DNA of 64,000 nt. Source: Octopus sinensis (lineage: Eukaryota). Below, piece by piece: positions 40,565 through 52,342 of the stretch (position 1 is its first letter; each line of letters starts with the position of its first letter). The stretch covers positions 116,684,001-116,748,000 of the forward strand of contig NC_043002.1 in the NCBI RefSeq assembly GCF_006345805.1, given 5' to 3'. The position numbers and the translations under genes were made by a program. The notes beneath the pieces were generated by a model that saw nothing but the letters and a program-made list of their open reading frames with translations, was not told the origin of the DNA and did not search any database.

Positions 40565-40745
40565 AACCGCTTAGCGGATATTTCTTCTCGTTATGTGCTC
40601 TGTTCAAATTCCGTCGAGGTCAACTGTACGTTTCATCTCACCAGGGTCGATAAAGTAAGTACCAGTCAAGTACTAAGACTGATGTAATCAACAAATCCAT
40701 TCCGCTAAAAAATTTCTCAACGTGCGCCAAAATTTGAAATCCATT
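40565..40745 (+). mobile_element. Degenerate SINE family 1, tail A
   Basis: GCTTAGCGGATATTTC..GTTCAAATTCCGTCGAGGTCAAC..GGGTCGATAAAGTAAGTACCAG..GCCAAAATTTGAAA. Confidence 0.65.
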
Positions 40746-40889
40746 TTATTATTCCTTATAATAACAATATACACTTTTTGTCTAATCGTATATCTAGCCA
40801 GAATCTCGATAATAATATCGTTTCCCCCTTGGGGATATAATATTTGAAAAAAACTTTTAAAAGTTTATATTGTCGACAAGCGTAGTTTT

Positions 40890-43800
40890 TAAGATGGTGG
40901 TAGCCTGATCAACCAGCCGACGGGAGACGAGCATTGACATAACCCTCATCAAAATAGAAATTGTAAAAAGGAACATAATCGCTACTACAACTAGCAGCAG
41001 CAGCAGCAGCAGCAGCAACACCGGCAGCAGCAGAGGCAGCAGAGGCAGCAGCAGCAGCAGCAGAGGCAGCAGCACCAGCAGCAGAGGCAGCACCAGCAGC
41101 AGCAGAGACAGCAGCAGCAGCAGAGACAGCAGCAGCAGCAGAGACAGCAGCAGCAGCAGAGACAGCAGCAGCAGCAGAGGCAGCAGCAGCAGCAGAGACA
41201 GCAGCAGCAGCAGAGACAGCAGCAGCAGCAGAGGCAGCAGCAGCAGCAGAGACAGCAGCAGCAGCAGAGACAGCAGCAGCAGCAGAGACAGCAGCAGCAG
41301 CAGAGGCAGCAGCAGCAGCAGAGACAGCAGCAGCAGCAGAGACAGCAGCAGCAGCAGAGGCAGCAGCAGCAGCAGAGACAGCAGCAGCAGCAGAGACAGC
41401 AGCAGCAGCAGAGGCAGCAGCAGCAGCAGAGACAGCAGCAGCAGCAGAGACAGCAGCAGCAGCAGAGCAGCAGCAGCAGCAGCAGAGACAGCAGCGCAGC
41501 AGAGACAGCAGCAGCAGCAGAGACAGCAGCAGCAGCAGAGGCAGCAGCAGCAGAGACAGAGCAGCAGCAGAGAGCAGCAGCAGCAGAGCAGAGGCAGCAG
41601 CACAGCAGCAGCAGAGACAGCAGCAGCAGCAGAGACAGCAGCAGCAGCAGAGGCAGCAGCAGCAGCAGCAGAGACAGCAGCAGCAGCAGAGACAGCAGCA
41701 GCAGCGAGCAGCAGCAGCAGCAGAGACAGCAGCAGCAGCAGAGACAGCAGCAGCAGCAGAGACAGCAGCAGCAGCAGAGGCAGCAGCAGCAGCAGAGACA
41801 GCAGCAGCAGCAGAGACAGCAGCAGCAGCAGAGGCAGCAGCAGCAGCAGAGACAGCAGCAGCAGCAGAGACAGCAGCAGCAGCAGAGGCAGCACCAGCAG
41901 CAGCAGAGACAGCAGCAGCAGCAGAGACAGCAGCAGCAGCAGAGGCAGCAGCAGCAGCAGAGGCAGCAGCAGCAGCAGAGACAGCAGCAGCAGCAGAGGC
42001 AGCAGTAGCTTCAACAACAACAATAATAGCAACAAAAACAAAAGAATGGCCGTTGGCAGTAATACCACTGCTACCACATGCAGCAGCAGTAGCCCCCCTA
42101 CCCCCCACCACTAACAACAACAACCCCACTACCGATGAGAACGGCAAAAGTAAAGAAAAGAAATGCTACAATAACAATAACAACATGCTAAACAAAGAGA
42201 TCAACATCCTATTAAATACCACCATTAGCATTATCATTCCAGCAGCCGACAGTTATACAGTGGCAACAGAATTAGTTTCGTTGCTGCCGTTACCACTTCA
42301 ACGATAAAATATTCAGCTCCCCTATTAAAAAACAAAGACGTCATCACCATCAGTATACCCAGTCACCCCGTCAGCAATCAAAGAATTTATAATCAAGCAT
42401 CTGCAAAAACTAGGTCATTAGTAAAAGCCACAAGAGCATCAGAGAAGTTTGATTTAAAAATGGAAGACATTTCGCAGTCGAATTGTTTGATATTAGAACA
42501 AACTGGGAAAAAACATAGAAAAAAGCATAGGAAAAAATATAGATGAGTGCAAATGCCAAAATGCCAACGGGTGTCCATTCATGACAGGTACTATGGTGCA
42601 GTTGAAATTAAATTCCCTAGGGACATTAAGGTAAAAATCCACTCTGTAGTGTCTCTTAAAAATTAGGAATTAATTCTGATATCCTCATACCGACGCATGT
42701 TGAAGGTAAGAGTGGTAGACGTGTCACCAGATATAAACACCAGCTCGTCGCTCGCAGTCGTTTGGGCCAACTTTGAGGATGTGATAAATATAGAAGAAGT
42801 GCGTGAGCTACGCAAGGAAAACTGGTTGGCGATACGAATGCAACTTTTGGTCCGAGCAGATCAGCAGAGAATCGAAACTATCCTGATCTCATTTTATATG
42901 CCAGAGGACCATTGATAAGTAAATCAAGTAGAGGGCGAAATGCAAAATGTCGCATCAGCAGTAACAATAAAGCCTTCAACAGTCAAATCAGTAGTAGCCC
43001 CCAAAACTGACAATGGCTACAGTAGCAGTAACAGCTGCAAAAGCAGCAGTCACAAAAAATACAGCAGCACGAAATAAAGCAGCAACAGAACCTGCATGAC
43101 AACAACTACAAGAAGACAAACAATATCAACATCAGAAATACCCAACACAACTCGAGACATACTCCTGTCCCTTCAGATCATTCTATTATGTCTTGCAAGG
43201 AAGGCGATATAGATGAATAGAAAACCGTTCACTGTAAGAAAGGAGAAAAAAAGAAAAAGAAAAGAGACAAAACAGATTTGCCCTCACAAAAATTTGAGTG
43301 TAGCAAAAGCCAAAACCTGGCGCTTGGCGGCTGGAATTTCATTCCGCACTCGCAGCCCTCTACCAGTCGCTGCGAGTGGAAATTCGTGGAAATTTATGGA
43401 GCATTAATGCTTATCAAAACTAACGATATTCTCAAGGACAGTCTTGGCGTCAACGAATCAAATGGCTGGTTCATTGCGGGTTTATTTTCAGGTTAGATCC
43501 CATACATAATTCCCAGAAGTCCTTGTTGTGATAATGCTACCGTGGTCATTGTTGGTTTGAAATAAACTCCACAGCTACGGAAATACCACCGGTGGATCCT
43601 GTTTGAGAATAGTGCAGAGCAATGAAACCGCTCTGCACTCACTCGTCCAGTGCCCAAGCATTAGCAACAAGGGAGCTCATGTTGAGCAATTGTTGTCCTG
43701 TGAGAAAGGGATTCAGGAATGGGCTCATCTGAATCCATTGTGGAGATCTTCCTACTGTCTTTCTTTTGCCGGGAAAAGCAGGCAGTTTTCATCTATTTGT

Positions 43801-44130
43801 TGGCTCTGGATTTGATAGATGTGTTTGAAGACAAACACTTTCCCTTCTGCCTAAGTCTTCAACATATTCTCGTTTCACTTCAAAGGAAAGTGAGCATAGA
43901 GATGGAAGTATACTTTTCAGTAAATTTGTTCAAAAGTTGATGAAAGTGGGAAGTACGGTCCTAGTGAACAGACTGACTCTGAGCATGTGCTGTTAGAACT
44001 GGAGGATGGTAACAGACAGACAGCGCTAGAAGGGTGACCGTTGTGTCACCGTTAGCTCTTCTAGGTCTTCCTCCATTGGGGAGAATTTTCCATATTTAAT
44101 GTTTTATTGTTACTCCATTTTTTTTATTAT
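40890..44130 (+). mobile_element. Second Tx1-like LINE relic: ORF1 remnant fused by a large deletion to the ORF2 C-terminus
   Basis: AAGATGGTGG start; RYYGAVEIKFP..KVRVVDVSPDI parallels ORF1 KQYGTISVPF..RVGIPKVSPGL of the 30.5-kb element; VQSNETALHSLVQCPSI..VEQLLSC parallels CPRCAQSDET..VEQLLSC. Confidence 0.65.
40993..42008. repeat. 18-bp minisatellite (GAC/GGC AGC AGC AGC AGC AGA)n, ~55 units
   Basis: Directly visible; units often run GAC,GAC,GGC, giving a 54-bp higher-order period; irregular core at ~41460-41710. Confidence 0.95.
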
Positions 44131-44261
44131 ATTTAATTTATACGCACACCCGCCCCAACACTGTGCAATTTTGTCCTTGTAATCTTCGCGTTATTGTGTG
44201 CCTTCTGGTGGCTAATGAAGAAACTAATACTACAAGTAATAATAGGGCCGTTCTTAAAATA

Positions 44262-44458
44262 TGGATTTCAAATTTTGGTGCAAGGCCTGCAATTTCGTCG
44301 GAAGGGATAAGTCGATTACATCGACACCAGTGCTCAACTGGTACTTATTTAATCGACCCCAAAACGATGAAAGGCAAAGTCGACCCCGGCAGAATTTGAA
44401 CTGAGAACGTACAGACGGACGAAATGCCGCTAAACATTTTTGTCCGGCATATTACATT
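44262..44458 (-). mobile_element. SINE family 1 monomer, tail A
   Basis: TCGACCCCAAAACGATGAAAGGCAAAGTCGACC..TTTGAACT plus tail TTTCAAATTTTGGTGCAAGGCC. Confidence 0.8.
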
Positions 44459-44702
44459 TAACCTTTGTATATATCAATATGCAACATCACACATGATTCT
44501 GAGTTCGAAAAATGTGTATCGAACTTCGATGAATTGGGTTTCTGTTTTCTCATTTATTGGCTTACTTTTAGTCGATCAGTCAGAATTATTCACAATTTAC
44601 ATCTAGATGTTATTGCTGAGATTTGACAAAGCCCTATTGGGGGATCCTAACACTTTGAATCTTTAAAATTTGAAAACCGTTTTTGTCTTTAAAAATCAAC
44701 AT

Positions 44703-45060
44703 GGTATAGGTATGGCTGTGTGGTTAAGAAGCTCGCTTTGCAACCCTGTAATTTCAGTTTCAAACCCACAGCACGGCCCCGGCCCGATCAATGCATTGTT
44801 AGTGAATGTCATAATGTGTCCTTATGTTTGTGTCATGTTTTCCTGCCATCATAACTTGAAAACTGGTGTTCGTTTGTTTATGTTCCTGTAACTGAGCGGT
44901 TCGGCAAAGAAACTGATAGAATACGTAACAAATGTAAAAATAATTACAAGGGTCACTTTGGCTCTACTAAATCCTTCACAGCAGTGCCCCAGCATGGCCG
45001 CTGTCCATTGACTGAAACATTGACTGAAACATTCAGTCCATTGAGTGACTAAGATAAAAG
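44703..45060 (+). mobile_element. SINE family 2 (tRNA head; CORE-like family), degenerate
   Basis: GGTATGGCTGTGTGGTTAAGAAGCTCGC head; GCGGTTCGGCAAAGAAACTGATAGAATA; GTGCCCCAGCATGGCCGCTGTCCATTGACTGAAAC tail. Confidence 0.7.
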
Positions 45061-45455
45061 CAAATACCTGGTAATATTTGGAGGAGAGAAAAACCAGAGC
45101 AGCCAAGCGAGAATGAAAAGTGAGTGAGCTAAGTTTGAATGAGGAAATTTGATTTTGTTTCATCCGATGATTTTGTTTCATTGTTGATGTCATGGTGACC
45201 ATAGCGTAAGCAATAAAATGAGAAAATACTGCAACAATAAAAGCAGTAACAACAACAATAGCAACAACAACGAAAACAAGAAGCAAAACGATAAAATGAG
45301 GGACAGCAGTAAGCGCGGAAATAAGTACCACTGCCTAGAAAAAAACTCCAACACCATTTAAATAAATAGCTAAATGCCTCGCTCATCTGCAAGTCTGCCA
45401 AAACACAAAAATACTTGAACACACATTCATTCACACAGTTTTCTTCTGTTCACGA

Positions 45456-45513
45456 TTAAAACTTGGCGTCAGAAACTTCATCGTGCGAAGTGGGCAGGAC
45501 GACACCTTCGTAC
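45456..45513 (-). other. Candidate terminal coding exon (xYEGVVLPTSHDEVSDAKF*) or recursive splice site
   Basis: Very strong acceptor tttttttttctcttcag immediately followed by GTACGA; phase-2 frame open to TAA; protein not recognised. Confidence 0.25.
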
Positions 45514-45675
45514 CTGAAGAGAAAAAAAAACATTACTGTTACAGGAGCCAACTCAAATTCAAATGACACGACAGGTGAGAGCGGAATACCTGCTATTAAA
45601 CCAGCCACTCATTAAGGATGAAAATAAATACCAGCAAAAACAATAACATCAGAGCTAATATCAACACAAACAATA

Positions 45676-45892
45676 CAGTAATCCCTCGCCATATCGCGGT
45701 TCACTTATCGCGGTTTATTATTTAAGCTGACGTCGAATCCTCCGTGGTGTTGTTTTATATTTATAATAAAACAAATATATACAAATTATAAAAAGAAATA
45801 CAGTGCAGTACTGTTTCTACTTCGCGGATTTTCACCTATCTTCGGGGATTGGGGTTGGGAACGTAACACCTACGATAGTCGAGGGATTAATG
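45676..45892. mobile_element. Tigger/pogo-type MITE with TA target duplication
   Basis: TA|CAGTAATCCCTCGCCATATCGCGG ... CGATAGTCGAGGGATTAATG|TA; imperfect TIRs. Confidence 0.8.
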
Positions 45893-46069
45893 TACTTACA
45901 AAAACAGACACAACTACAACTGCAGAGAAGAGAAAAAGCACGAAAACAAAAGCAAATACAAAAACAAGAGAAAATAAACTTATATCAAAACAGTCTCCAC
46001 ACCTCTTCTCTTTTATCATTGTTTGGAAGGGAAGGGCAAGTTCATATAAGTGGTTATACTTATGTATAA

Positions 46070-49000
46070 ATATACATAGGTTGAGGTCAATTTAGAAGAA
46101 AGATTAGGTCACTAGACACAGACATAGTAGTCATCAGCTGAACGGAGTTTTACAGTGTGTACTGTTGCAGCCATCTTAGCCTACTACAAAGCATACTGTT
46201 CTTGTAGTCTGTCAGTATTGGGTAAGAGTGCGAAAGGGTTGTTCAGGAAACCTTGAAGATTGAAGTATATACAGTCATTCTGGATCTAAGTAGAAAGTTG
46301 ATTGCAGTGGATGCGAGCGGCAGAGAAATATGGTTTTTCAATCTTACAACTGTATATATTCCATAAGACGTGTGGCCAGAACTCCCTGGAAAATAACCAT
46401 AGCGAGGTTCATTCCACAGTTAAATTGGAACAGTCTAAAAGATTGATAGGCGTGAAGGGGACAAAGATTAAGTGGCCGAAAGCAAATGAGGCAGCGAGTT
46501 ATAAAAAATTTGACAACGAGGTAGCAAGAATGACCACCAAATTCAAAGGTGACGACGAACAAAAGCTCGAAAACCTGGCTAATACAATCTACCAGGAAGG
46601 AGAGAAAAGATTTGGACTGGAAACAACAGGGAAGGTAGAATCAACGGCAAAGAGTGGACCATCGAGGAGAGAAAGACGGGTCGCAAAGATTCGAGAAGAG
46701 AAAACAAAAACTCAGAACCAGATGGAGGGATACAAAGGAGGAGGAAAGAGAAGGGCTAAAGCAGCTATATGAAGAGATAAAAGAGAGGCATCGAGACCTG
46801 CTAAGAAAACAAAGAAGGAAGAGTAGAAGAAAGGAGAGAGAAAAAAAAACTAGCTTTGTGAACAATTCCTATTAATATGCGAAACATTTAGTTACTGAAA
46901 GTAAAAGCGGAAAATTGGATTGCACGAAAGAAGAGCTCGAACAACATCTGAATGAGACATACATCGACTCTGACAGAAATGAAGTACTCCCAGAAATGCA
47001 CGGACTGAAGAAACCACCTGAACCAAGAGTACCATTTGAATTGAGCGACATGAAACGGAAAGAAATGGATGAGTTCATAAGAAAAGCAAGAGCAGAAAGT
47101 TCACCAGGGAACGATGGAGTGAGCTACAAGGTATATACATATTGCCCGAAATTACGTTTGCAGCTGTTTGCACTGATAAGAGAAATGTGGAAGAAGAAAG
47201 ATGTAGCGGAGCGATGGTGTACAACCGAAGGTATCTATCTACCTAAAGAAAAAGAGGCAAAGGCACTAGGCCAATTTAGACCAATTTCATTATTAAATAC
47301 TGACGGGAAAATCATGTTTGGAATTATTTTTCTCGACGAATCATAAGATTCGTACAGCATAACGGGTACGTTAATGAAGCAATCCAAAAAGCAGGTATCC
47401 CCGGAATCCCTGGGTGCATAGAACACGCATTTGCCATCTGGGAAGCCATCACCTATGCAAAACAAATGAAGAAAAACCTATATATTGTTTGGCTAGATCT
47501 TGCCAATGCCTATGGATCTGTTCCGCACGCAATAATAAAAACAGCGATGGACTTCTTTTGGATTCCAAAAGATGTTCAACGAATGCTCATGTCGTACTAC
47601 GACAACCAGAGGATGGGATTTACAGCAGGAAAGTTCACAACGGAGTGGCAACGCCTTGAAATAAGTATTGCAGCTGGATACACGATATCAGTCACCTTAT
47701 TAGTGCTAGTCATGGACATGTTACTTAGATCTACAAACTGTGAGAAAGCTTTTACAAAGTCACCATAAAGGGCTTTTATGGACGACATAACTATATTATC
47801 AGAAAGTAGAGAAGCAGCAGAGCGGTTAGACGAACTGATAGGATGGGCAAGGATGAAATTCAAAGCCAAAAAATCTCGAAGCGTGGCTTTCGTGAAAGGA
47901 AGGCAAGAAGAAGTGAAATTCAGGATAGGTGGTGAAGACATACCAACGGTGAAAGAACAACCAGTAAAGTGTCTCGGCAGATGGTATAGAGATTTATTAA
48001 ATGATAAGAAGCAAGGGAAAGAAACACATGAGTTAGTAGAAGAAGGATTAAAGGCAATTGACAGAACAACGCTGCCGGGAAAATTCAAATGTTGGATACT
48101 GCAATTTGGGCTGTACTCAAGAATAATGTGGCCATTGCAAAGGTACGAAATAGCCTCGAGTAGAGTAGAAAGAATGGAACAAAGATGCAGTGTGTTTATC
48201 AGAAAATGGCTTGGTCTGCCGAAACCACTGAATACAACTGCACTATATGGAAAACCCGTGCTGCAACTACCAATAACATCAATCGCCAAAGAATATAAGA
48301 CAGTAATGATGCTAAGGTATTCAAAAGATCAGAGCATCCGGGAAAACCCTCCAAAGGTACGAACAGGGAAGAAATGGAAGGCGCAAGAGTCAGTATACAG
48401 GGCGATCGGAAAACTAAGGCACGCAGATAGTCGGAGCGACGCAAGAAGCAAGAACCGGCCTAGAGTCGCAAAATTTCACGCCATTTTGCAAGAGCAGTAT
48501 AAAAGAGATGAAAGAGGCAGTGGTATACGAAGTGAGAAAGGAGGAAGAAGACAGGCGAAATGTACATTTGGTACAATGCAGTCAACAGGGACAGTGCCTG
48601 AGATGGGAGGAATATGTGATCAGCCGCAGAATATCATGGAAGGAGCTTTAGGCTTGGGAACAGGCAAGAACATCCTTCCTGATCAAATCAACCTTCGACG
48701 TTCTACCTTCACCGACGAACTTAGTCCGGTGGAACATAAAAACAACCGATGAGTGTAGATGCGGAGAGAAAGCGACGGTTAGACATGTTCTTTCAAATTG
48801 CAGACAAGCACTAGAAAGATATACATGGCAGCATAATCAAGTCCTCGGCGTCAGAGGCGCAGCACTCGAGGAGAAGATCGAGAGGTACAATAGGGGAGAG
48901 TACCCAAAAGTAGAAAAGCGCAGGAAAGTATACTTCCACAAGGAGGGAAAAGGATATAAAACCAGGCCTACAAGTAAAGTACACGAGATAGACGAAAGAT

Positions 49001-49430
49001 GGATGGGATACTGGGAGGTGGCCACAGACTTGGAATGACAAGTATTTCCACTAATAAAAACAGAGACCGGAGAATAGGAATTTTACTAGAACTGACAGTA
49101 CCTTGGCAAGAGAACATCGGCAATGCAGAGGAACGAAAGGAGAAGAGGTATGAAAAGCTAATCGAAGAATGCAGAGAACAGGGATGGAATGTCGAATATT
49201 ATCACCTGGCAGTGGGGGCTAGAGGCTTCATTGAAAGGAAAATGACAATGCTTTTCAAAAGGAGATTTGTTTTTTCTAGCTCCGAGCTGCAAAACCTAAT
49301 AAGGAGAGTACAGGAGGCGGTCGAAAAAGCCAGCTTCTATATATATGGCCGAAGTAGGAAGACCAAAAATGGCTTGAAAGTCATAACATGCCGGCGGGAA
49401 ATAACATTATTAGGTGAGACAAGCTGACTG
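46070..49430 (+). mobile_element. Hero-like non-LTR retrotransposon (RT + CCHC + REL endonuclease), near full-length, frameshifted
   Basis: KIKWP, IYQEGEKRFG, SSPGNDGVSYKVY, FRPISLLN, WLDLANAYGSVPH, AFMDDIT, WARMKFKAKKSRS, RYTWQHNQVL, ELTVPWQEN..EKRYEKL, LAVGARGF. Confidence 0.88.
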
Positions 49431-49502
49431 ACAGGTGACGGTCGTTTAGAAAAAGCGCGGGCTAAAACTAAGCGCCTTCACTAGTCAGTTACGGTGAGAC
49501 AG

Positions 49503-49590
49503 TGTCACGTGACAACTTGCTGAGGCTGCCTGCTGGAGCCTAGCGGTAGGTATTTAAAGGGGAAAATTTGACAAGTCAGTCAGTCACCGG
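49503..49590 (+). promoter_or_regulatory. Candidate Pol II core promoter (E-box palindrome, TATA, Inr)
   Basis: TGTCACGTGACA at 49503-49514; TATTTAAA at 49551; TCAGTC at 49580-49585, with its A 31 nt after the TATA start. Confidence 0.4.
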
Positions 49591-50731
49591 ATGACACTCG
49601 CTGATGATACATCGGAGAGGCCAGGGAACAGAAAAAAGAAGAAAGAAGACATGGACCCAACACCAGAGCTGAAGATACCTCCGAAACGGGGTGGGCCCGC
49701 CACGTCAAAACGGTAGAGGAGTAGGGACGGAAACCGGACGTGGTTCCTCCTGATAATGTCTTGAGCTAACTGGATCCTGTTAGCTGTTGTGGTAGTAGAC
49801 CACGAAACACGGTTGTAATTCCCCAGGACAGCCGGAGATCTTCAGGCGTCTAGAAGCTTTCCTGCGATCGTTCTATTCTTTAATACTAATGGCAGACTGA
49901 AAATGAATTCTACACGCACGGTGGAATTCTTTGCTCATATTCCCAAATGCCTAGGATTGACTGCATGGACAAAGGGCAATGAGCCATACTGAAATCGTAT
50001 GTGAATAGAGATTTTATTTGGCCACCGGTTGGTGATAACATATGGCATCCACAACTCCAAAAAGTCAGTTGAAATTGTGTGTACCTTACACTAACCAGCT
50101 ACTATTCTGTCTTTGACGAACAGGAACGGGTGGTCCTACTTTTTACATGGTAATGTGAAAGGACATCTACAAGGAATCTCATATTAGCAACTCCCGTATA
50201 ACCTGGCACTACGTATGAAGTGGATATCGCTCCATTTCCCTCTCAGACATTTTTCAACCAGGGTGTGTGTGGCATTTTCAACGCAACGGCTTTTAACCAA
50301 CGCACCAGGTAAATTACTGTTCTTCCTGTCGATTATTTTCCCGGGAGCCTGACGTCACTGCTAATGCAGTTGACCTACCATCCATTCGAAAGATTCGTGT
50401 GTGTGTTTCTGTTAAGCTTGTATATTACAGACACAGACACCCATTCAATTATATTTGCATCTGGAAATGAGACGGCCTTTGTAGTAATTTTTGTGTCATT
50501 GCTGTTGATATATTTGTGAGTGTTTTCAACGGATTCTGTGTCTATGATGGCAGTCGCAGTAGTGTAACAGATATGGTTTGTGGCGCTGTTGCCGTTGCAG
50601 CTTATCTTCCTCGGATCTCGAATTCTCGCAAAGCACTGGTTCTAATGTCCTCCTTATCGCTATAGTTATTCATTGCTACTGTCATCGTCCTTTTGTTGCT
50701 GCTGCCACTCCTGTTGTTGTTGTTGTCCTGC

Positions 50732-50764
50732 TTCTTCTTTTTCTTCTTCTTCTTCTTCTTCTTC

Positions 50765-50796
<32 letters not shown>

Positions 50797-50836
50797 CTTC
50801 TTCTTCTTTTCTTCTTCTTCTTCTTCTTCTTCTTCT
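50732..50836. repeat. (TTC)n microsatellite
   Basis: Directly visible. Confidence 0.95.
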
Positions 50837-50989
50837 TGTGGCTAATGGTATCTCGTTGCCCCTGCTTGTGCTGTTGTTACTATTTCCTTTCTTACTGTCG
50901 TTATTGTCCTACTATTTTCACACTGTATTGTATGCAAGCGAAGTTGATATCTATCTCAAATGTAGCAACATTTTTCGTCACTCACACAC

Positions 50990-52140
50990 TCGCTTGCATT
51001 TCTTGTGCATTTCTTCTATTTTTGTGATGGATTAATTCGAATACCTCACTATTTAAAAGAAGAAAACTTGCGCTTTCTCTCAAATGGCTCTTACTGTCAT
51101 AGACATAACAGCTGGTTCTAATCTGAACCATAATCCTCACGGCGTTTACTTCTTTACCTTCGAGCGTGCGTAGGCCCATACATAGTTTTGTAATCTTCAG
51201 TGGCCATTCAGAATCCCACCCGACGGATGTTATTCCCAGTTACCTTGCCACTCACAATTTGCATGAACTGCACCATAACAGCGAGGACGACTTGTTATCA
51301 TCCTTGTCAATATCTGTCACAATGACCTTAGCATTGTGCCACCTACCCATGAGCAGCTGGGTATAAGTTTAGCGGCGAGCTGGCAGAAACGTTATCACGC
51401 TGGGCGAAATGCTTAGTGGTATTTCGTCTGCCGCTACGTTCTGAGTTCTGAGGTCGGCTTTGCTTTTCATCCTTTCGGGGTAGATTAAATAAGTACCAGT
51501 TACGCACTGGGGTCGATATAATCGACTTAATCCGTTTGTCTGTCTTTGTTTGTCCTCTCTGTGTTTAGCCCCTTGTGGTTAGTAAAGAAATAGGTATTTC
51601 GTCTGCCGTTACGTTCTGAGTTCAAATTCCGCCGAGTTCGACTTTGCCTGTCATCCTTTCGGGGTCGATAAATTAAGTACCAGTTGAGCACTGGGGTCGA
51701 TGTAATTGACTTAATCCATTTGTCTGTCCTTGTTTGTCCCCTCTACGTTTAGCCCCTAGTGGGCAATAAAGAAATATGGGTGTAAGTTTACCAAGTTGGT
51801 TTGCATTGCCGTCCCATTCTTAATGGGTACAGCTTACGGGACCTAATTTCTGATTCTAGCATTCGGTCCCATAAACCTTATCCAAACGATAGAGGAGCTA
51901 TCACTCCATACGTCGGCCAGAGATATTTCTTTCTGGAGATCATTATAAAACCTGGTCTGCTTTTAGCTACACAATGATACGTGACCTTCCTCCTTTCTTA
52001 CACTTGAATAAGATCTCTGGCTCAAGCTTTATATCTTTGGCCACTTAACACTGCCAATTAAATTTCTTCTCTGTCGGGTGATTTATCTTACTAACTGCGT
52101 TAGTGAAAGAATGTCTGTTATTCCCATCACTCTCATTGTA
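50990..52140 (-). mobile_element. Third Tx1-like relic (ORF2 C-terminal region) interrupted by a SINE dimer
   Basis: RKLYP continues across the insertion toward a CPRC..VHA..C remnant, similar to the C-terminus of the 32.4-35.7 kb ORF2. Confidence 0.45.
51372..51777 (+). mobile_element. SINE family 1 dimer flanked by a 13-bp target-site duplication
   Basis: GGGTATAAGTTTA (51359-51371) and GGGTGTAAGTTTA (51778-51790), one mismatch; internal junction AAAGAAATAGGTATTTCG at ~51584-51601. Confidence 0.88.
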
Positions 52141-52235
52141 CTTTGCTCTTTCCAACTGGCAAAAAGTGTGCATGCCTTTCAGCATGTGCGTTGTTATCCT
52201 TGAGTCTTAACTGTTTAGTTGTACGTTTTGTATCC

Positions 52236-52340
52236 TCCTCCTCCTCCTCCTCTTTCTTCTTCTTCTTCTTCTTCTTCTTCTTCTTCTTCTTCTTCTTCTT
52301 CTTCTTCTTCTTCTTCTTCTTCTTCTTCTCTTCTTCTTCT
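52236..52340. repeat. (TCC)n-(TTC)n microsatellite
   Basis: Directly visible. Confidence 0.95.
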
Positions 52341-52342
52341 TA

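Noticed and set aside
40857-42147. 406-aa and 412-aa minus-strand ORFs
   Set aside because: Translations of the stop-free 18-bp minisatellite (poly L/A/C); no domain content.
47597-48289. 230-aa minus-strand ORF
   Set aside because: Antisense shadow of the Hero RT frame.
49660-49815. CTGAAGA..GAAAC and GACCACGAAAC as hammerhead ribozymes
   Set aside because: The first lacks a paired stem II; the second lacks the CUGANGA core.
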